51,297 nt of DNA from an uncultured Geminicoccaceae bacterium. Its GTDB lineage: Bacteria; Pseudomonadota; Alphaproteobacteria; Geminicoccales; Geminicoccaceae. Position numbers and translations under genes: made by a program. Below the pieces are notes generated by a model. That model worked only from the letters and a program-made list of their open reading frames with translations, ran no database searches and had not been told where the DNA came from. The DNA lies in NCBI GenBank assembly GCA_964481035.1, contig CAYZSE010000004.1:1-51297 (forward strand), given 5' to 3'. Numbering within the stretch: the stretch's first letter is position 1; every line of letters starts with the position of its first letter. Positions 7,950 through 18,480 of the stretch are shown in pieces.

Positions 7950-8702
7950 ATGACGGCGGTGGACGAGGGTTCAACCGAGGCATCAGGGCAAGGCGAGCCT
8001 CGCGGGCGCGCGGAGATCACGCCGCGGTTCAGCCTCGCGACCCGGTTCCGGAACTATTTTCTGGCCGGCGTGATCGTGGTCGCGCCGATCAGCATCACCT
8101 TCTTCATCGTCTGGCAGGTGGTGCAGGTCGTCGACACCAACGTCGGCAAGCTCTTGCCCGACCGCTACAACCCCGAGACCTACCTGCCGTTCAGCGTACC
8201 GGGGCTCGGCGTGCTGCTGATGGTCGGGCTCATCACCCTCATCGGCATGGTCGCCGCCGGGTTCGTCGGCCGCACGGTGATGCGCACGAGCGAGCGCCTG
8301 CTCAATCGGATGCCCATCATCCGCTCGATCTACGGCACCTTGAAGCAGATCTTCGAGACCGTCTTCTCGCACAGCTCGCAGTCGTTTCGCGAGGTCGTCC
8401 TCATCGAGTACCCACGCCGCGGCATCTGGGCGATCGGCTTCGTCACCGGGCGCACCCGCGGCGAGATCCAGACGCGGGTGGAGCCCGAGCTCATCAACGT
8501 CTTCTTGCCGACGACGCCCAATCCGACCTCCGGCTTTCTCCTGTTCGTGCCCCGCGAGGAGGTGTTCCATCTCGACATGTCGGTCGAGGACGGCATCAAG
8601 ATGGTCATCTCGTCGGGCATCGTCGCGCCCGACCCGGCCGCGGTGCCGCTGCGAGCGCCCCCGGTTCAGCCCGAGGCGAGGCCGGCCGATCCGGTCGTCT
8701 GA
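7950..8702 (+). CDS. DUF502 domain-containing membrane protein
   Basis: Contains FLAGVIVVAPISITFFIVW, PGLGVLLMVGLITLIG, RMPIIRSIYGTLKQI, IWAIGFVTG and FLPTTPNPTSGFLLFVP, characteristic of DUF502. GAGGAG abuts the ATG, so GTG at 7959 is an alternative start. Confidence 0.85.
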   Translation: MTAVDEGSTEASGQGEPRGRAEITPRFSLATRFRNYFLAGVIVVAPISITFFIVWQVVQVVDTNVGKLLPDRYNPETYLPFSVPGLGVLLMVGLITLIGMVAAGFVGRTVMRTSERLLNRMPIIRSIYGTLKQIFETVFSHSSQSFREVVLIEYPRRGIWAIGFVTGRTRGEIQTRVEPELINVFLPTTPNPTSGFLLFVPREEVFHLDMSVEDGIKMVISSGIVAPDPAAVPLRAPPVQPEARPADPVV

Positions 8703-10654
8703 TCGGCGAACAGCGCCGCCGTCGTCGGCGTCGGTGTCGTCGGCGCCGTGCGCAGCCACGCCGCGTCGGCCGCGGGATCGACCGCGCGGAAGGCGAGGGC
8801 CCCGCTCTGGCGCCACCCGAGAAGCTCGCCGGCGCCGCGCCGCTCCAGGTCGACCTCGGCGAGCGCGAGCCCGTCGTGGCAGCGGCGCAGCAGGTCGAGG
8901 CGCGCGTGCTGCTCGGGGCCGAGCGCGCCGCCGTGCAGAAGCACGCAGCTCGCCGGCTGGCCGGCACGGCCGACGCGACCGCGCAGCTGGTGCAGCTGGG
9001 CGAGGCCGAAGCGCTCGGCGCCCTCGACGACGATGATCGAGGCGTCCGGCACGTCGATGCCGACCTCGACCACCGAGGTCGCCACCAGGAGCGGGCTCGC
9101 GCCCCGGCGAAAGGCGGTGAGCGCCGCTTCGCGCAGTGCCGGATCCTGGCGGCCGGTCAGCATCGCCACCCGCTCGCCGAGCCGCGCGGTGAGCCGCGCA
9201 TGGCGTGCAGAGACGCCGGCCTCGTCGGGGGTGCCGTCGATGCTGGCACAGATCCAGAACGCGCGGGCGCCATCGTCGAGCGCGGCGGCGAGGCGGTCCT
9301 CGAGTTCCTCCAGCCTACTCACCTCGATCGCGCGGGTCGTGATGTTCGCGCCGGTCCCCGGCCGGGGATCGAGCCGGGAGACCGCGAGTGCGCCTTGGAG
9401 CATCCAGGCGAGGGTCCGCGGGATCGGCGTGGCGGTGAGCGCGAGCGCGTGCAGCCCCGGCGCCTTGGCCCCGAGGCGGCCGCGCTGATCGACGCCGAAA
9501 CGATGCTGCTCGTCGATGACCGCGAGGCCCGGCGTCGCCATGTCGACGCCTTGCGAGAGAAGGGCGTGCGTGCCGACGACGAGGTGCGTCGAGCCGGCCC
9601 TGAGGCTCGCGAGCAGCGGTGCTCGGGCCCGCCCGGCGAGCGAGCCGGTGAGCAGGCCGACCTCGACGCCGAGCGGGGCGAGCCAGTCGTGGAAGGTGCG
9701 GGCATGCTGGCGGGCGAGGGTCTCGCTCGGGGCGAGCACGACGGCCTGGCGGCCGGCTTCGACGACGTCCGCCACGGCGAGTGCCGCCACGAGCGTCTTG
9801 CCGCTGCCGACATCGCCGTTGACGACACGGCGCATCGCCCGCCCGCTCGCGAGGTCGCCGCGGATCGCCGCGTGCGCCTCGGCCTGGCTCGGCGTCGGGG
9901 CGAAGGGCAGGCGCCGGACGAGCGCGCGGGCGAGGCGGCCCGGCGGCGAGATCGCCTCGGCACGGCCGCCACCGGCCGCGGCGGCCGCGCGAAGCCCGGC
10001 GCGGAAGATGGCCCATTCGGCGCCGGCGAGGTGCCGTCGCGCCGTTTCGACGTCTCCGTCCTCGAGGCCGTGGAGCACGGCGAGCGCGCGGCGCTCGGCG
10101 TCGCCGCTGGGCTCGGGCCAGTCGGCCAACGCCAGCGCCACCGCGCGCTGCAGAAGCCGGCCGGTGGCCCGGTCGAGGCCGGCATAGACGACCGCGACGT
10201 GGCCCGTCGCGGGGGTCGCGTGCACGCGCGGGTGGGCGCAGACGAGCCCGCCGCTCGCGTCCGTCTCCAGGGCACCGCTCAGCAGAATGCCGGGGGTCTC
10301 GACCACCCGGTCGAGCAGCACTTTGGGCGGCGGGCGGAACCAGAGCAGCGTCAGCGGCACGCCGTCGACCCGGCCGTCCAGCCGCCGGCCGTGTCGGCCG
10401 AGGTCGCGGGCCGCGCCCCCTGCGACAAAGCGAAAGGCACCGCTCGCGCCGCGCACGAGCTCCGCGCCGCGCAGCGGCCGGAGGTCGTCGCGGGCGCGCG
10501 GCAGATGCAGGAGCGCGTCACGCCGTCGCGGCCAACGCGAGAACAGCGTCTCCAGGCTCGCCCGGCGCCGCGGGCCGAGACGCGGAGGCCGATCGAGGCC
10601 TGCGTCGAGCCAAGCCCTGAGCTCGGCATCGGGGGGAGGGTTGCTTGGCGACAC
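8666..10654 (-). CDS. recG: ATP-dependent DNA helicase RecG
   Basis: Walker A GDVGSGKTLVA, DEQHRFGV, LTATPIPRTL and QLHQLRGRVGR. GTG start at 10654 has no strong RBS, so the start is uncertain. Its 3' end overlaps the convergent DUF502 gene by 37 nt. Confidence 0.9.
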   Translation of the reverse strand: MSPSNPPPDAELRAWLDAGLDRPPRLGPRRRASLETLFSRWPRRRDALLHLPRARDDLRPLRGAELVRGASGAFRFVAGGAARDLGRHGRRLDGRVDGVPLTLLWFRPPPKVLLDRVVETPGILLSGALETDASGGLVCAHPRVHATPATGHVAVVYAGLDRATGRLLQRAVALALADWPEPSGDAERRALAVLHGLEDGDVETARRHLAGAEWAIFRAGLRAAAAAGGGRAEAISPPGRLARALVRRLPFAPTPSQAEAHAAIRGDLASGRAMRRVVNGDVGSGKTLVAALAVADVVEAGRQAVVLAPSETLARQHARTFHDWLAPLGVEVGLLTGSLAGRARAPLLASLRAGSTHLVVGTHALLSQGVDMATPGLAVIDEQHRFGVDQRGRLGAKAPGLHALALTATPIPRTLAWMLQGALAVSRLDPRPGTGANITTRAIEVSRLEELEDRLAAALDDGARAFWICASIDGTPDEAGVSARHARLTARLGERVAMLTGRQDPALREAALTAFRRGASPLLVATSVVEVGIDVPDASIIVVEGAERFGLAQLHQLRGRVGRAGQPASCVLLHGGALGPEQHARLDLLRRCHDGLALAEVDLERRGAGELLGWRQSGALAFRAVDPAADAAWLRTAPTTPTPTTAALFADQTTGSAGLASG

Positions 10655-10705
10655 GCGACGTATCAGCTACACCCACGGCCCGCAATCAAGCGCGGAGACG
10701 AAACC

Positions 10706-10972
10706 GTGGGCGAACCTGTGAGCGTACGCAAGAAGCGCTTGGCCTATCGCAGCCTCTATCGCGGCGTGCGCGAGAGCGACATCATCTTCCGGCGGTTCTG
10801 CGAGCGGCACCTCGACGGCCTCGACGACGCGGATCTCGACCGCTACGAGGCGCTGCTCGACGAGAGCGATCAGGACATCATCTCCTGGATCAGCGGGCGC
10901 GCCCGGGTGCCGGCGCGCCACGATCATACCGTGTTCGCCAGGCTCGCCGAGGATGTGAGCGCTTCCCCGTGA
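10706..10972 (+). CDS. sdhE: Succinate dehydrogenase assembly factor 2 / FAD assembly factor SdhE (DUF339)
   Basis: Contains KKRLAYRSLYRGVRESDIIFRRF....LDDADLDRYEALLDESDQDIISWI. GTG at 10706 has GGAGA 7 nt upstream. This is the tail of track ORF 7934..10972. Confidence 0.8.
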   Translation: MGEPVSVRKKRLAYRSLYRGVRESDIIFRRFCERHLDGLDDADLDRYEALLDESDQDIISWISGRARVPARHDHTVFARLAEDVSASP

Positions 10973-13900
10973 GCGCCGTCACCGCCGCGCCGGGCGTGCT
11001 CGAGCCGCATCCGGCGCTTCGTCTGCCGGCCCAGGCGGTCGCCCACGCGCTCGAGGGTGCCGATGCGCTGTTCGCCGCCGAGCGGCTCGCCGTGGACGAT
11101 GTGGTCCACCTGCACGTCGCGCGCGAGTCGGCGCGCGGTGAGCGCTTTCTCGCCGCGGCGCGGTTCGCGGCGCCGGCCGTCGAGGGCGTGCTCGTGCCCG
11201 GCTGGGACTGCCTGCCCTACGATCGGGTGTCGCCGACGGCCGACGTCATGAGCCAGCGGCTCACCGCGCTCGGCCGGCTGGTCGACGGGCCGGGCCGGCC
11301 GCTGCTGGTCGTCGTCACCGTCAACGCGCTGTTGCAGTACGTGCCGCCGCCCGAGGTCATCCGCCGGGCGCGCCTGCGGGTGCGCGCCGGGGCCAAGCTC
11401 GACCGCGACGGGCTGATCGGCCGCCTGGAGGGGCTCGGCTACCGTCGCTGCGGCACGGTCGTCGAGGCCGGCGAGTACGCGGTGCGCGGCAGCCTCATCG
11501 ACGTCTATCCGACCGGCGGCGGCGCGCCCCTGCGCCTCGATTTCTTCGGCAACGAGGTCGAGGCCATCCGCAGCTTCGATGCGCTCACCCAGCGCTCGCT
11601 CGGCAAGGTCGAGGGCTTCGAGCTCGCGCCGTTCTCCGAGGTGCTGCTCGATCCGGCGGCGATCGAGCGCTTCAAGGTCGGCTTCCTGCAGCGCTTCGGC
11701 GCGGTCACCGACGACCCGCTGTTCGAAGCGATCACCAGCGGGCGCCCGTTCGCCGGCATGGAGCACTGGCTGCCGCTGTTCCACGAGCGCCTCGCGACGC
11801 TCTTCGACTACCTGCCCGAGCGGATGACGTGGTCCGTCGACGACCAGGTCGAGGCGGCGATGCGGGCTCGGCTCGACACCGTGGCCGAGCACTACGCGGC
11901 GCGGCTCGAGGCCCCGGCCGGGGGCCAGCTCGGCGCGCCCTACCGACCGCTCGAGCCCGAGCGCCTCTACCTCGACGCGGCGACGCTGCGGCGCGCGCTC
12001 GACGGGCACGCGGGCTTTCGGTTCTACGCCGGCGCCGCCCCGCCCGACGCGGGCCCGGCGCTCGACGCGGGCGCCCGGGCGGGCCGCGACTTCGCGCCCG
12101 AGCGCAAGCGCCGCGACGTCCCGTTGTTCGAGACGGTGATCGCGTATCTCGAGGACCAGGCGCGGGCCGGCCGGACGGTCGTCGTCGCCGCCCAGAGCGA
12201 CGGCGCGCGGCAGCGTCTCGAGGCGATGCTCACCGACGCCGGGCTGGCGGCACTGCCGGGCGTCGACGACCTCGGCGAGGCGCGCGGGCGCGGGCCGTTG
12301 AGCGCGGTCCTGCCGCTCGAGCACGGCTTCGCCCGCGACGATCTCGTGGTGGTGAGCGAAGCCGACATCCTCGGCGACCGGCTGCGCCGGCAGCGGCCCC
12401 GCAAGCGGCGCGGCGACGAGCTCATCGGCGAGATCACCGCGCTCAAGCACAACGACCTGGTGGTCCATCAGAGCCACGGCATCGGCCGCTTCGACGGCCT
12501 CGAGGCGATCGACGTCGGCGGCGCGCCGCACGACTGCATCCGCGTGCTCTACGCCGGCAACGACAAGCTCTTCGTGCCGGTCGAGAACCTCGACGTGCTG
12601 TCGCGCTACGGCTCGGGCGACGACCGCGCCCAGCTCGACCGGCTCGGCGGCGCCGGCTGGCAGGCCAGGAAGGCGGCGGTCAAGAAGCGCGTCCAGGAGC
12701 TCGCCGACGAGCTCATCCGCGTCGCCGCCGCGCGCGAGGTGCGGCGCGGCATGATGCTCGAGCGCACCGCCGGGCTCTACGAGGAGTTCTGCGCGCGCTT
12801 TCCTTACGAGGAGACCGACGATCAGCTCGCGGCGATCGACGCCGTCGTCGGCGACATGGCCTCGGGCCGGCCGATGGACCGGCTCGTCTGCGGCGATGTC
12901 GGCTTCGGCAAGACCGAGGTGGCGCTCCGGGCCGCCTTCATCGCCGCCATGTCGGGCCGCCAGGTCGCCGTGCTGGCGCCGACGACGCTGCTCGTACGCC
13001 AGCACTTCCGGGTCTTCCACGAGCGCTTCCAGGGCTTTCCGCTGCGCCTCGCGATGATCTCGCGCTTCGTGCCGCCGCGGCAGGTGGCGAAGATCAGAGA
13101 GGAGCTGGCCGCGGGCCAGCTCGACATCGCCATCGGCACGCACGCGCTTCTCGGCAAGACGATCGCCTTCGCGAACCTCGGGCTCATCGTCGTCGACGAG
13201 GAGCAGCATTTCGGCGTCGCGCACAAGGAGCGCTTGAAGCAACTCCGCGCCGAGGTGCACGTCTTGACGATGACGGCGACGCCGATCCCGCGGACCCTGC
13301 AGATGGCGCTCGGCGGGCTCAAGGAGCTCTCGATCATCGCCACCCCGCCGGTCGACCGCCTGGCCGTGCGCACCTTCGTCATGCCGGTCGACCGGGTGGT
13401 CATCCGGGAAGCCCTCCTGCGCGAGCACTACCGCGGCGGCCAGAGCTTCTACGTCTGCCCGCGGATCGAGGATCAGGCGAAGCTCTTGGAGGACCTGCGA
13501 GCGCTCGTGCCGGAGCTTCGCGTCGGCGTCGCCAACGGGCGGATGGGCGCCAAGGAGCTCGAGGAGGTCATGGTCGCCTTCGACGACGGCACGCTCGACG
13601 TGCTCTTGGCCACCAACATCATCGAGAGCGGCCTCGACATCCCGCGCGCCAACACGCTGATCGTCCATCGCGCCGACCGCTTCGGGCTGTCCCAGCTCTA
13701 CCAGCTCAGGGGGCGCATCGGCCGCGGCAAGGTCCGCGGCTACGCCTACTTCACGGTGCCGGCGAACCGCGTGCTCGCCGAGACGGCCGAGCGCCGGCTC
13801 AAGGTGATGGAGACGATCGACGGGCTCGGCGCCGGCTTCCAGGTCGCCAGCCACGACATGGACATCCGCGGCCATGGTAACCTTTTGGGTGACGAGCAGT

Positions 13901-14463
13901 CGGGCCACGTCCGCGAGGTCGGGTTCGAGCTCTATCACCAGTTGCTCCAAGAGGCTCTCGAGACGGCCCGGCAGGCCGGCGAGGGCGGCGTGCCGCCGAT
14001 CGACGTCGAGCGCCGCTGGACGCCCCAGATCACCATCGACGTGCCGGCGATGATGCCCGAGGCCTACGTCGCCGACCTCGACCTCAGGCTCTCGCTCTAC
14101 CGCCGTCTCGCCGCGCTGGAGGAGGCGGAGGACGTGGAGGCGTTCGCCGCCGAGCTGATCGACCGGTTCGGCCCGCTGCCTCGTGAGACCGACAATCTGC
14201 TCGCGCTCGTCCGGCTCAAGCTCGCCTGCCGCCGGGCCAACGTGGAGAAGCTCGACGCCGGCCCCAAAGGCCTGGTGCTCGCGTTCTACGACAACGCGTT
14301 CGACCATCCCGAGCGATTGGTGCCCTTGATCGCCGACAGCCGCGGGCGTATCCGGATCCGTCCGGATCACAAGCTCGTCCTGGCGCACGAAACCCGGACG
14401 GCGGACGAGCGCTTGGCCCGGGCGCAGTCGTTCGTGCAGCAACTCGCCGATCTGGCGGCCTGA
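10969..14463 (+). CDS. mfd: Transcription-repair coupling factor Mfd
   Basis: Contains GDVGFGKTEVALRAAF, VVDEEQHFGV, MTATPIPRTL and LYQLRGRIGRG, plus an N-terminal UvrB-like region. GTG at 10969 overlaps the sdhE stop (GTGA). The product is 1164 aa. Confidence 0.93.
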   Translation: MSAVTAAPGVLEPHPALRLPAQAVAHALEGADALFAAERLAVDDVVHLHVARESARGERFLAAARFAAPAVEGVLVPGWDCLPYDRVSPTADVMSQRLTALGRLVDGPGRPLLVVVTVNALLQYVPPPEVIRRARLRVRAGAKLDRDGLIGRLEGLGYRRCGTVVEAGEYAVRGSLIDVYPTGGGAPLRLDFFGNEVEAIRSFDALTQRSLGKVEGFELAPFSEVLLDPAAIERFKVGFLQRFGAVTDDPLFEAITSGRPFAGMEHWLPLFHERLATLFDYLPERMTWSVDDQVEAAMRARLDTVAEHYAARLEAPAGGQLGAPYRPLEPERLYLDAATLRRALDGHAGFRFYAGAAPPDAGPALDAGARAGRDFAPERKRRDVPLFETVIAYLEDQARAGRTVVVAAQSDGARQRLEAMLTDAGLAALPGVDDLGEARGRGPLSAVLPLEHGFARDDLVVVSEADILGDRLRRQRPRKRRGDELIGEITALKHNDLVVHQSHGIGRFDGLEAIDVGGAPHDCIRVLYAGNDKLFVPVENLDVLSRYGSGDDRAQLDRLGGAGWQARKAAVKKRVQELADELIRVAAAREVRRGMMLERTAGLYEEFCARFPYEETDDQLAAIDAVVGDMASGRPMDRLVCGDVGFGKTEVALRAAFIAAMSGRQVAVLAPTTLLVRQHFRVFHERFQGFPLRLAMISRFVPPRQVAKIREELAAGQLDIAIGTHALLGKTIAFANLGLIVVDEEQHFGVAHKERLKQLRAEVHVLTMTATPIPRTLQMALGGLKELSIIATPPVDRLAVRTFVMPVDRVVIREALLREHYRGGQSFYVCPRIEDQAKLLEDLRALVPELRVGVANGRMGAKELEEVMVAFDDGTLDVLLATNIIESGLDIPRANTLIVHRADRFGLSQLYQLRGRIGRGKVRGYAYFTVPANRVLAETAERRLKVMETIDGLGAGFQVASHDMDIRGHGNLLGDEQSGHVREVGFELYHQLLQEALETARQAGEGGVPPIDVERRWTPQITIDVPAMMPEAYVADLDLRLSLYRRLAALEEAEDVEAFAAELIDRFGPLPRETDNLLALVRLKLACRRANVEKLDAGPKGLVLAFYDNAFDHPERLVPLIADSRGRIRIRPDHKLVLAHETRTADERLARAQSFVQQLADLAA

Positions 14464-14464
14464 G

Positions 14465-15394
14465 ATGAGCCTATTCGTCTATTCCCATCCCTCGGGCCTC
14501 CAGCACGACGCCGGCCCCGGCCATCCCGAGGCGCCGATCCGGCTTCGCCGCATCCTCGCGGCCCTCGACGCGGCCGACGACCTCGCCATCGTCCGCGCGG
14601 AGGCGATCGAGGTCGCGCGCGAGCACCTGGTCCGGGTGCACACCCCGGCGCACGTGGCCAGCATCCTCGATCAGGTGCCGGCCACCGGGCGGACGCCGAT
14701 CGACATGGACACCTGGATGAACCCGCACACGGGCGAGGCGGCCTTGCGCGCGGCCGGCGGCGCCGTGGCCGCGGTCGACGCCGTGCTGGGTGGCGAGACC
14801 CGCCGCGCCTTCTCGGCGATGCGCCCGCCCGGCCACCACGCCGAGACCGCCGTCGCGATGGGCTTTTGCTTCTTCAACAACATCGCCGTGGCGGCGGCGC
14901 ACGCCCTCGCCGCACACGGCCTGAAGCGCGTCGCCGTCCTCGATTTCGACGTGCATCACGGCAACGGGACGCAGGCGATCTTCGAGACCGAGCCCAACGT
15001 TCTCTACGCCTCGATTCACGAGGCGCCGCTCTTTCCGGGCACGGGCCGCGACGATGAGGTGGGGCTCGGCAACATCGTCAACACCTGCGTGCCGGCCGGC
15101 ACCGACGGCAGCCGCTGGCGCCGCGCGCTCGAGGACCGGATCCTGCCGGCGATCGACGACTTCGCGCCGGAACTGCTCTTGATCTCCGCCGGCTTCGACG
15201 CTCACGCCGCCGATCCGCTGGCCAATCTCCGCCTTCGCGAGGAGGATTTCGCCTGGATCACCGAGCGGGCCGTCGAGATCGCCGCGCGCCACGCCGACGG
15301 GCGCCTCGTCTCCTGCCTCGAGGGCGGCTACGATCCGGCCGCGCTCGTCGGCTCGGTGCTCGCCCATCTGCGCGCCTTGGAGGACCGGGGTTGA
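14465..15394 (+). CDS. Histone deacetylase-family amidohydrolase (HDAC / acetoin-utilisation AcuC-like)
   Basis: Contains AMRPPGHHAE, DFDVHHGNGTQ and LEGGY. Confidence 0.88.
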   Translation: MSLFVYSHPSGLQHDAGPGHPEAPIRLRRILAALDAADDLAIVRAEAIEVAREHLVRVHTPAHVASILDQVPATGRTPIDMDTWMNPHTGEAALRAAGGAVAAVDAVLGGETRRAFSAMRPPGHHAETAVAMGFCFFNNIAVAAAHALAAHGLKRVAVLDFDVHHGNGTQAIFETEPNVLYASIHEAPLFPGTGRDDEVGLGNIVNTCVPAGTDGSRWRRALEDRILPAIDDFAPELLLISAGFDAHAADPLANLRLREEDFAWITERAVEIAARHADGRLVSCLEGGYDPAALVGSVLAHLRALEDRG

Positions 15395-15642
15395 GCGAGG
15401 TCCCGGGCCCCGTCGACGCATTGAGCTTCGAGGATGCCCTCGCCGAGCTCGAGGCGATCGTCGATCGGCTGGATCGCGGCGAGGTTCCGCTCGAGCAGTC
15501 GATCGCGGCCTACGAGCGCGGCACGACGCTCCGCCGGCACTGCGAGAAGAAGCTCAGCGAGGCGCGCCTGCGGGTGGAGCGCCTCGTCGCCGACGACGCC
15601 GGCGCGACGACCTCCGAGCCCTTGGACGCGGAGGCGTCGTGA
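15391..15642 (+). CDS. xseB: Exodeoxyribonuclease VII small subunit
   Basis: Contains SFEDALAELEAIVDRLDRGEVPLEQSIAAYERGTTLRRHCEKKL. TTG start overlaps the upstream stop (TTGA). Confidence 0.9.
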   Translation: MSEVPGPVDALSFEDALAELEAIVDRLDRGEVPLEQSIAAYERGTTLRRHCEKKLSEARLRVERLVADDAGATTSEPLDAEAS

Positions 15643-16529
15643 GCGAGCACACCTTGGAGATGGTGCGGCACGCCGTCGTGCCCGCGATCGAGGCGGAACT
15701 GGAGCGCATCGTGGTCGCGGACTGGAACGCCGCGCCCAACTTGGCTGCGGCGATGCGCTACGCGCTCGAGGCGGGCGGCAAGCGGGTGCGGCCGCTGCTC
15801 GCGGTGATGAGCGGCCGGCTCTTCGAGGTGCCCGACGCGGCGCTGGTCGGAATCGGCGCGGCGGTCGAATGCCTGCACACCTACTCGCTCGTGCACGACG
15901 ACCTGCCGGCGATGGACGATGCCCTAGAGCGCCGCGGCAAGCCTGCGCTGCACCGGGCCTTCGACGAGGCCACGGCGATCCTCGCCGGCGACGCGCTCCA
16001 GGCGCTCGCCTTCGCGCGGCTCGGCGATCCGACCCTCGCGGTCTCGGCCCATGCCCAGGTGCGGCTGGTGCACGGCCTCGCCACGGCCGCCGGCCTGGGT
16101 GGAATGTGCGGCGGGCAGATGCTCGACCTCGAGGCGACCCGCGCGACGAACCTCGATGGCCTGCGCGAGCTGCAGGCCCTCAAGACCGGCGCGCTCATCA
16201 CCTTCGCCTGCGAGGCCGGCGCCATCGCCGGCGATGCCGGGGACTCCGACGCGGTGGCGCTGCGAGCTTACGGGCGGGCCGTTGGTGCCGCTTTTCAGAT
16301 CCGCGACGATTTGCTCGACGTCGAGGGCGACGCCGCGCTCGTCGGCAAGGACCTCGGGCGGGACGAGGTCCAAGAGAAGGCGACCTTCGTGAGCGCACTC
16401 GGCCGCGACGGGGCGAAGCGGGAGTTGGAGCGGCAGGTCGAGGCGGCTCTGGTGGCGCTCGACCGCTTCGGTGACGCGGGGACACCTCTCGCGGAGCTGG
16501 CGCGCTACATCGCGGCCCGGGCCAGCTGA
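15639..16529 (+). CDS. ispA: Farnesyl diphosphate synthase (polyprenyl synthetase)
   Basis: First and second Asp-rich motifs are [11 protein letters not shown] and [12 protein letters not shown] start overlaps the xseB stop (GTGA). Confidence 0.9.
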   Translation: MSEHTLEMVRHAVVPAIEAELERIVVADWNAAPNLAAAMRYALEAGGKRVRPLLAVMSGRLFEVPDAALVGIGAAVECLHTYSLVHDDLPAMDDALERRGKPALHRAFDEATAILAGDALQALAFARLGDPTLAVSAHAQVRLVHGLATAAGLGGMCGGQMLDLEATRATNLDGLRELQALKTGALITFACEAGAIAGDAGDSDAVALRAYGRAVGAAFQIRDDLLDVEGDAALVGKDLGRDEVQEKATFVSALGRDGAKRELERQVEAALVALDRFGDAGTPLAELARYIAARAS

Positions 16530-16560
16530 GGACAACGAGCGATGGGATTATGAGGGGCGC

Positions 16561-18480
16561 ATGTCGGTGACCGACCTTCTCGACACGATCCGCGAGCCAG
16601 CGGACATCCGCAGGTTGCCGCAGGAGCGGCTGACCGATCTCGCCAATCAGCTCCGCGACGAGACGATCGACGCGGTCTCAACGACCGGCGGTCACCTCGG
16701 TGCCGGCCTCGGCGTGATCGAGCTGACGGTGGCGCTGCACTACGTGTTCAGCACGCCGCGCGACAAGATCGTGTGGGACGTCGGCCATCAGGTCTATCCC
16801 CACAAGATCCTGACCGGCCGGCGCGACCGCATCCGCACGGTACGCCAGCCCGGGGGCCTGTCGGGGTTCACCAAGCGCGCCGAAAGCGTCTACGACGCCT
16901 TCGGCGCCGGCCACAGCTCGACCTCGATTTCGGCGGGCCTCGGCATGGCCTCGGTGCGCGACCTGCGCGGCGCCGATTTCAACGTCGTCGCGGTCATCGG
17001 CGACGGGGCGATGACGGCGGGCATGGCCTATGAGGCGATGAACAATGCCGGTGGCTCCAAGACCCGCCTGATCGTCATCCTCAACGACAACGACATGTCG
17101 ATCGCGCCCAACGTGGGCGGTCTCAGCAACTATCTCTCGCGCGTCGTCTCCTCGAGCAGCTACCGCTCGGTGCGCCACGTCGCCAAGGAGATCACCCGCC
17201 GCTTCCCGAAGCCCCTCGCCAAGGCCGCGGCGCGGACCGAGGAGTACGCCCGCGGCCTCTTGACCGGCGGGACGCTGTTCGAGGCCCTCGGCTTCTATTA
17301 TGTGGGCCCGCTCGACGGGCACAACATCGAGCACCTCGTGCCGGTGCTCGAGAACGTCCGCGACAACTGCAACTCGGGGCCCGTCCTCGTCCATGTGGTG
17401 ACCGAGAAGGGGCGTGGCTTCGCCCCGGCCAAGGCCGCGCTCGACAAGTGCCACGCGGTCAACAAGTTCGATCGCGCGACGGGCGAGCAGCTCGCCAAAA
17501 AAGCCAACGCGCCGAGCTACACGGGCGTGTTCGCCAAGGCATTGATCGCCGAGGGTGAGGCCGACGACAAGGTGGTGGGGATCACCGCGGCCATGCCCGA
17601 CGGCACCGGCATCGCCAAGTTCCAGGAGCGCTTCCCCGAGCGCACCTTCGACGTCGGCATCGCCGAGCAGCATGCGGTGACCTTCGCCGCCGGCATGGCG
17701 ACCGAGGGCTACAAGCCCTTCTGCGCGATCTACTCGACCTTCCTGCAGCGCGGCTACGACCAGGTCGTCCACGACGTGGCCATCCAGAAGCTGCCGGTTC
17801 GCTTCGCCATCGACCGGGCGGGCTTCGTCGGCGCCGACGGGCCGACGCATGCGGGCTCGTTCGATCTCGCCTATCTCGGCTGCCTGCCCGGCATGGTCAT
17901 CATGGTGCCGTCCGACGAGGTCGAGCTGATGAACATGATCGCCACCGCGGCGGCGCACGACGACGGGCCGTCGGCGGTCCGCTACCCGCGCGGCGAGGGC
18001 GCGGGCCTGGAGCTGCCGGAGCGCGGCGAGGTCCTGCCGATCGGCCGCGGCCGCGTCCTGCGCGAGGGCAACTCGGTGGCACTCGTCGGCCTCGGCCCGC
18101 GCGCCTACGAGTGCCTCGAGGCGGCGGACCAGCTCAAGCAACGCGGTATCAACGCGACGGTCGTCGACCCGCGTTTCGCCAAGCCGCTGGATCGCGAGCT
18201 CTTGACCTGGGCGGCGTCCTCCCACGACGTCATGCTGACCGTCGAGGAGGGTTCGGTCGGCGGGTTCGGCAGCGCCGTGCAGCAGCTGCTCCTCGAGGAA
18301 GGCCTTCTCGACGGCGGCCGGCTCAAGCTCAGGAGCCTCGTGCTGCCCGACGCGTTCGTCGACCACGGCACGCCGGCCGGGATGTACGCGGATGCCGGCC
18401 TCGACGCCGCCGGCATCGCCGAGAAGGCGCTGGCGCTCTTGGACGAGGCCGACGCGCGCGCGACCTCCGCCGCGAGTTGA
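16561..18480 (+). CDS. dxs: 1-deoxy-D-xylulose-5-phosphate synthase
   Basis: Contains [31 protein letters not shown] and [21 protein letters not shown] at 16561 ([10 protein letters not shown]) is preferred over the longer track start at 16471. Confidence 0.93.
   Translation: MSVTDLLDTIREPADIRRLPQERLTDLANQLRDETIDAVSTTGGHLGAGLGVIELTVALHYVFSTPRDKIVWDVGHQVYPHKILTGRRDRIRTVRQPGGLSGFTKRAESVYDAFGAGHSSTSISAGLGMASVRDLRGADFNVVAVIGDGAMTAGMAYEAMNNAGGSKTRLIVILNDNDMSIAPNVGGLSNYLSRVVSSSSYRSVRHVAKEITRRFPKPLAKAAARTEEYARGLLTGGTLFEALGFYYVGPLDGHNIEHLVPVLENVRDNCNSGPVLVHVVTEKGRGFAPAKAALDKCHAVNKFDRATGEQLAKKANAPSYTGVFAKALIAEGEADDKVVGITAAMPDGTGIAKFQERFPERTFDVGIAEQHAVTFAAGMATEGYKPFCAIYSTFLQRGYDQVVHDVAIQKLPVRFAIDRAGFVGADGPTHAGSFDLAYLGCLPGMVIMVPSDEVELMNMIATAAAHDDGPSAVRYPRGEGAGLELPERGEVLPIGRGRVLREGNSVALVGLGPRAYECLEAADQLKQRGINATVVDPRFAKPLDRELLTWAASSHDVMLTVEEGSVGGFGSAVQQLLLEEGLLDGGRLKLRSLVLPDAFVDHGTPAGMYADAGLDAAGIAEKALALLDEADARATSAAS

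Noticed and set aside
7934-10705. N-terminal 900+ aa of the 1012-aa + strand ORF 7934..10972
   Set aside because: It overlaps the real DUF502 gene in another frame and is antisense to recG. Only the last 88 codons (10706-10972) look like a protein, namely SdhE. The rest is Arg/Gly/Ala-rich nonsense.
10924-14442. 1172-aa - strand ORF antisense to mfd
   Set aside because: It is a shadow of mfd, which has all helicase motifs on the + strand. The - strand product has no motifs and the typical shadow composition.
16471-16560. Longer start for dxs overlapping the end of ispA
   Set aside because: Dxs similarity begins at [10 protein letters not shown] (ATG 16561). The extra 30 codons overlap ispA and add an Arg/Trp-rich peptide not seen in Dxs.
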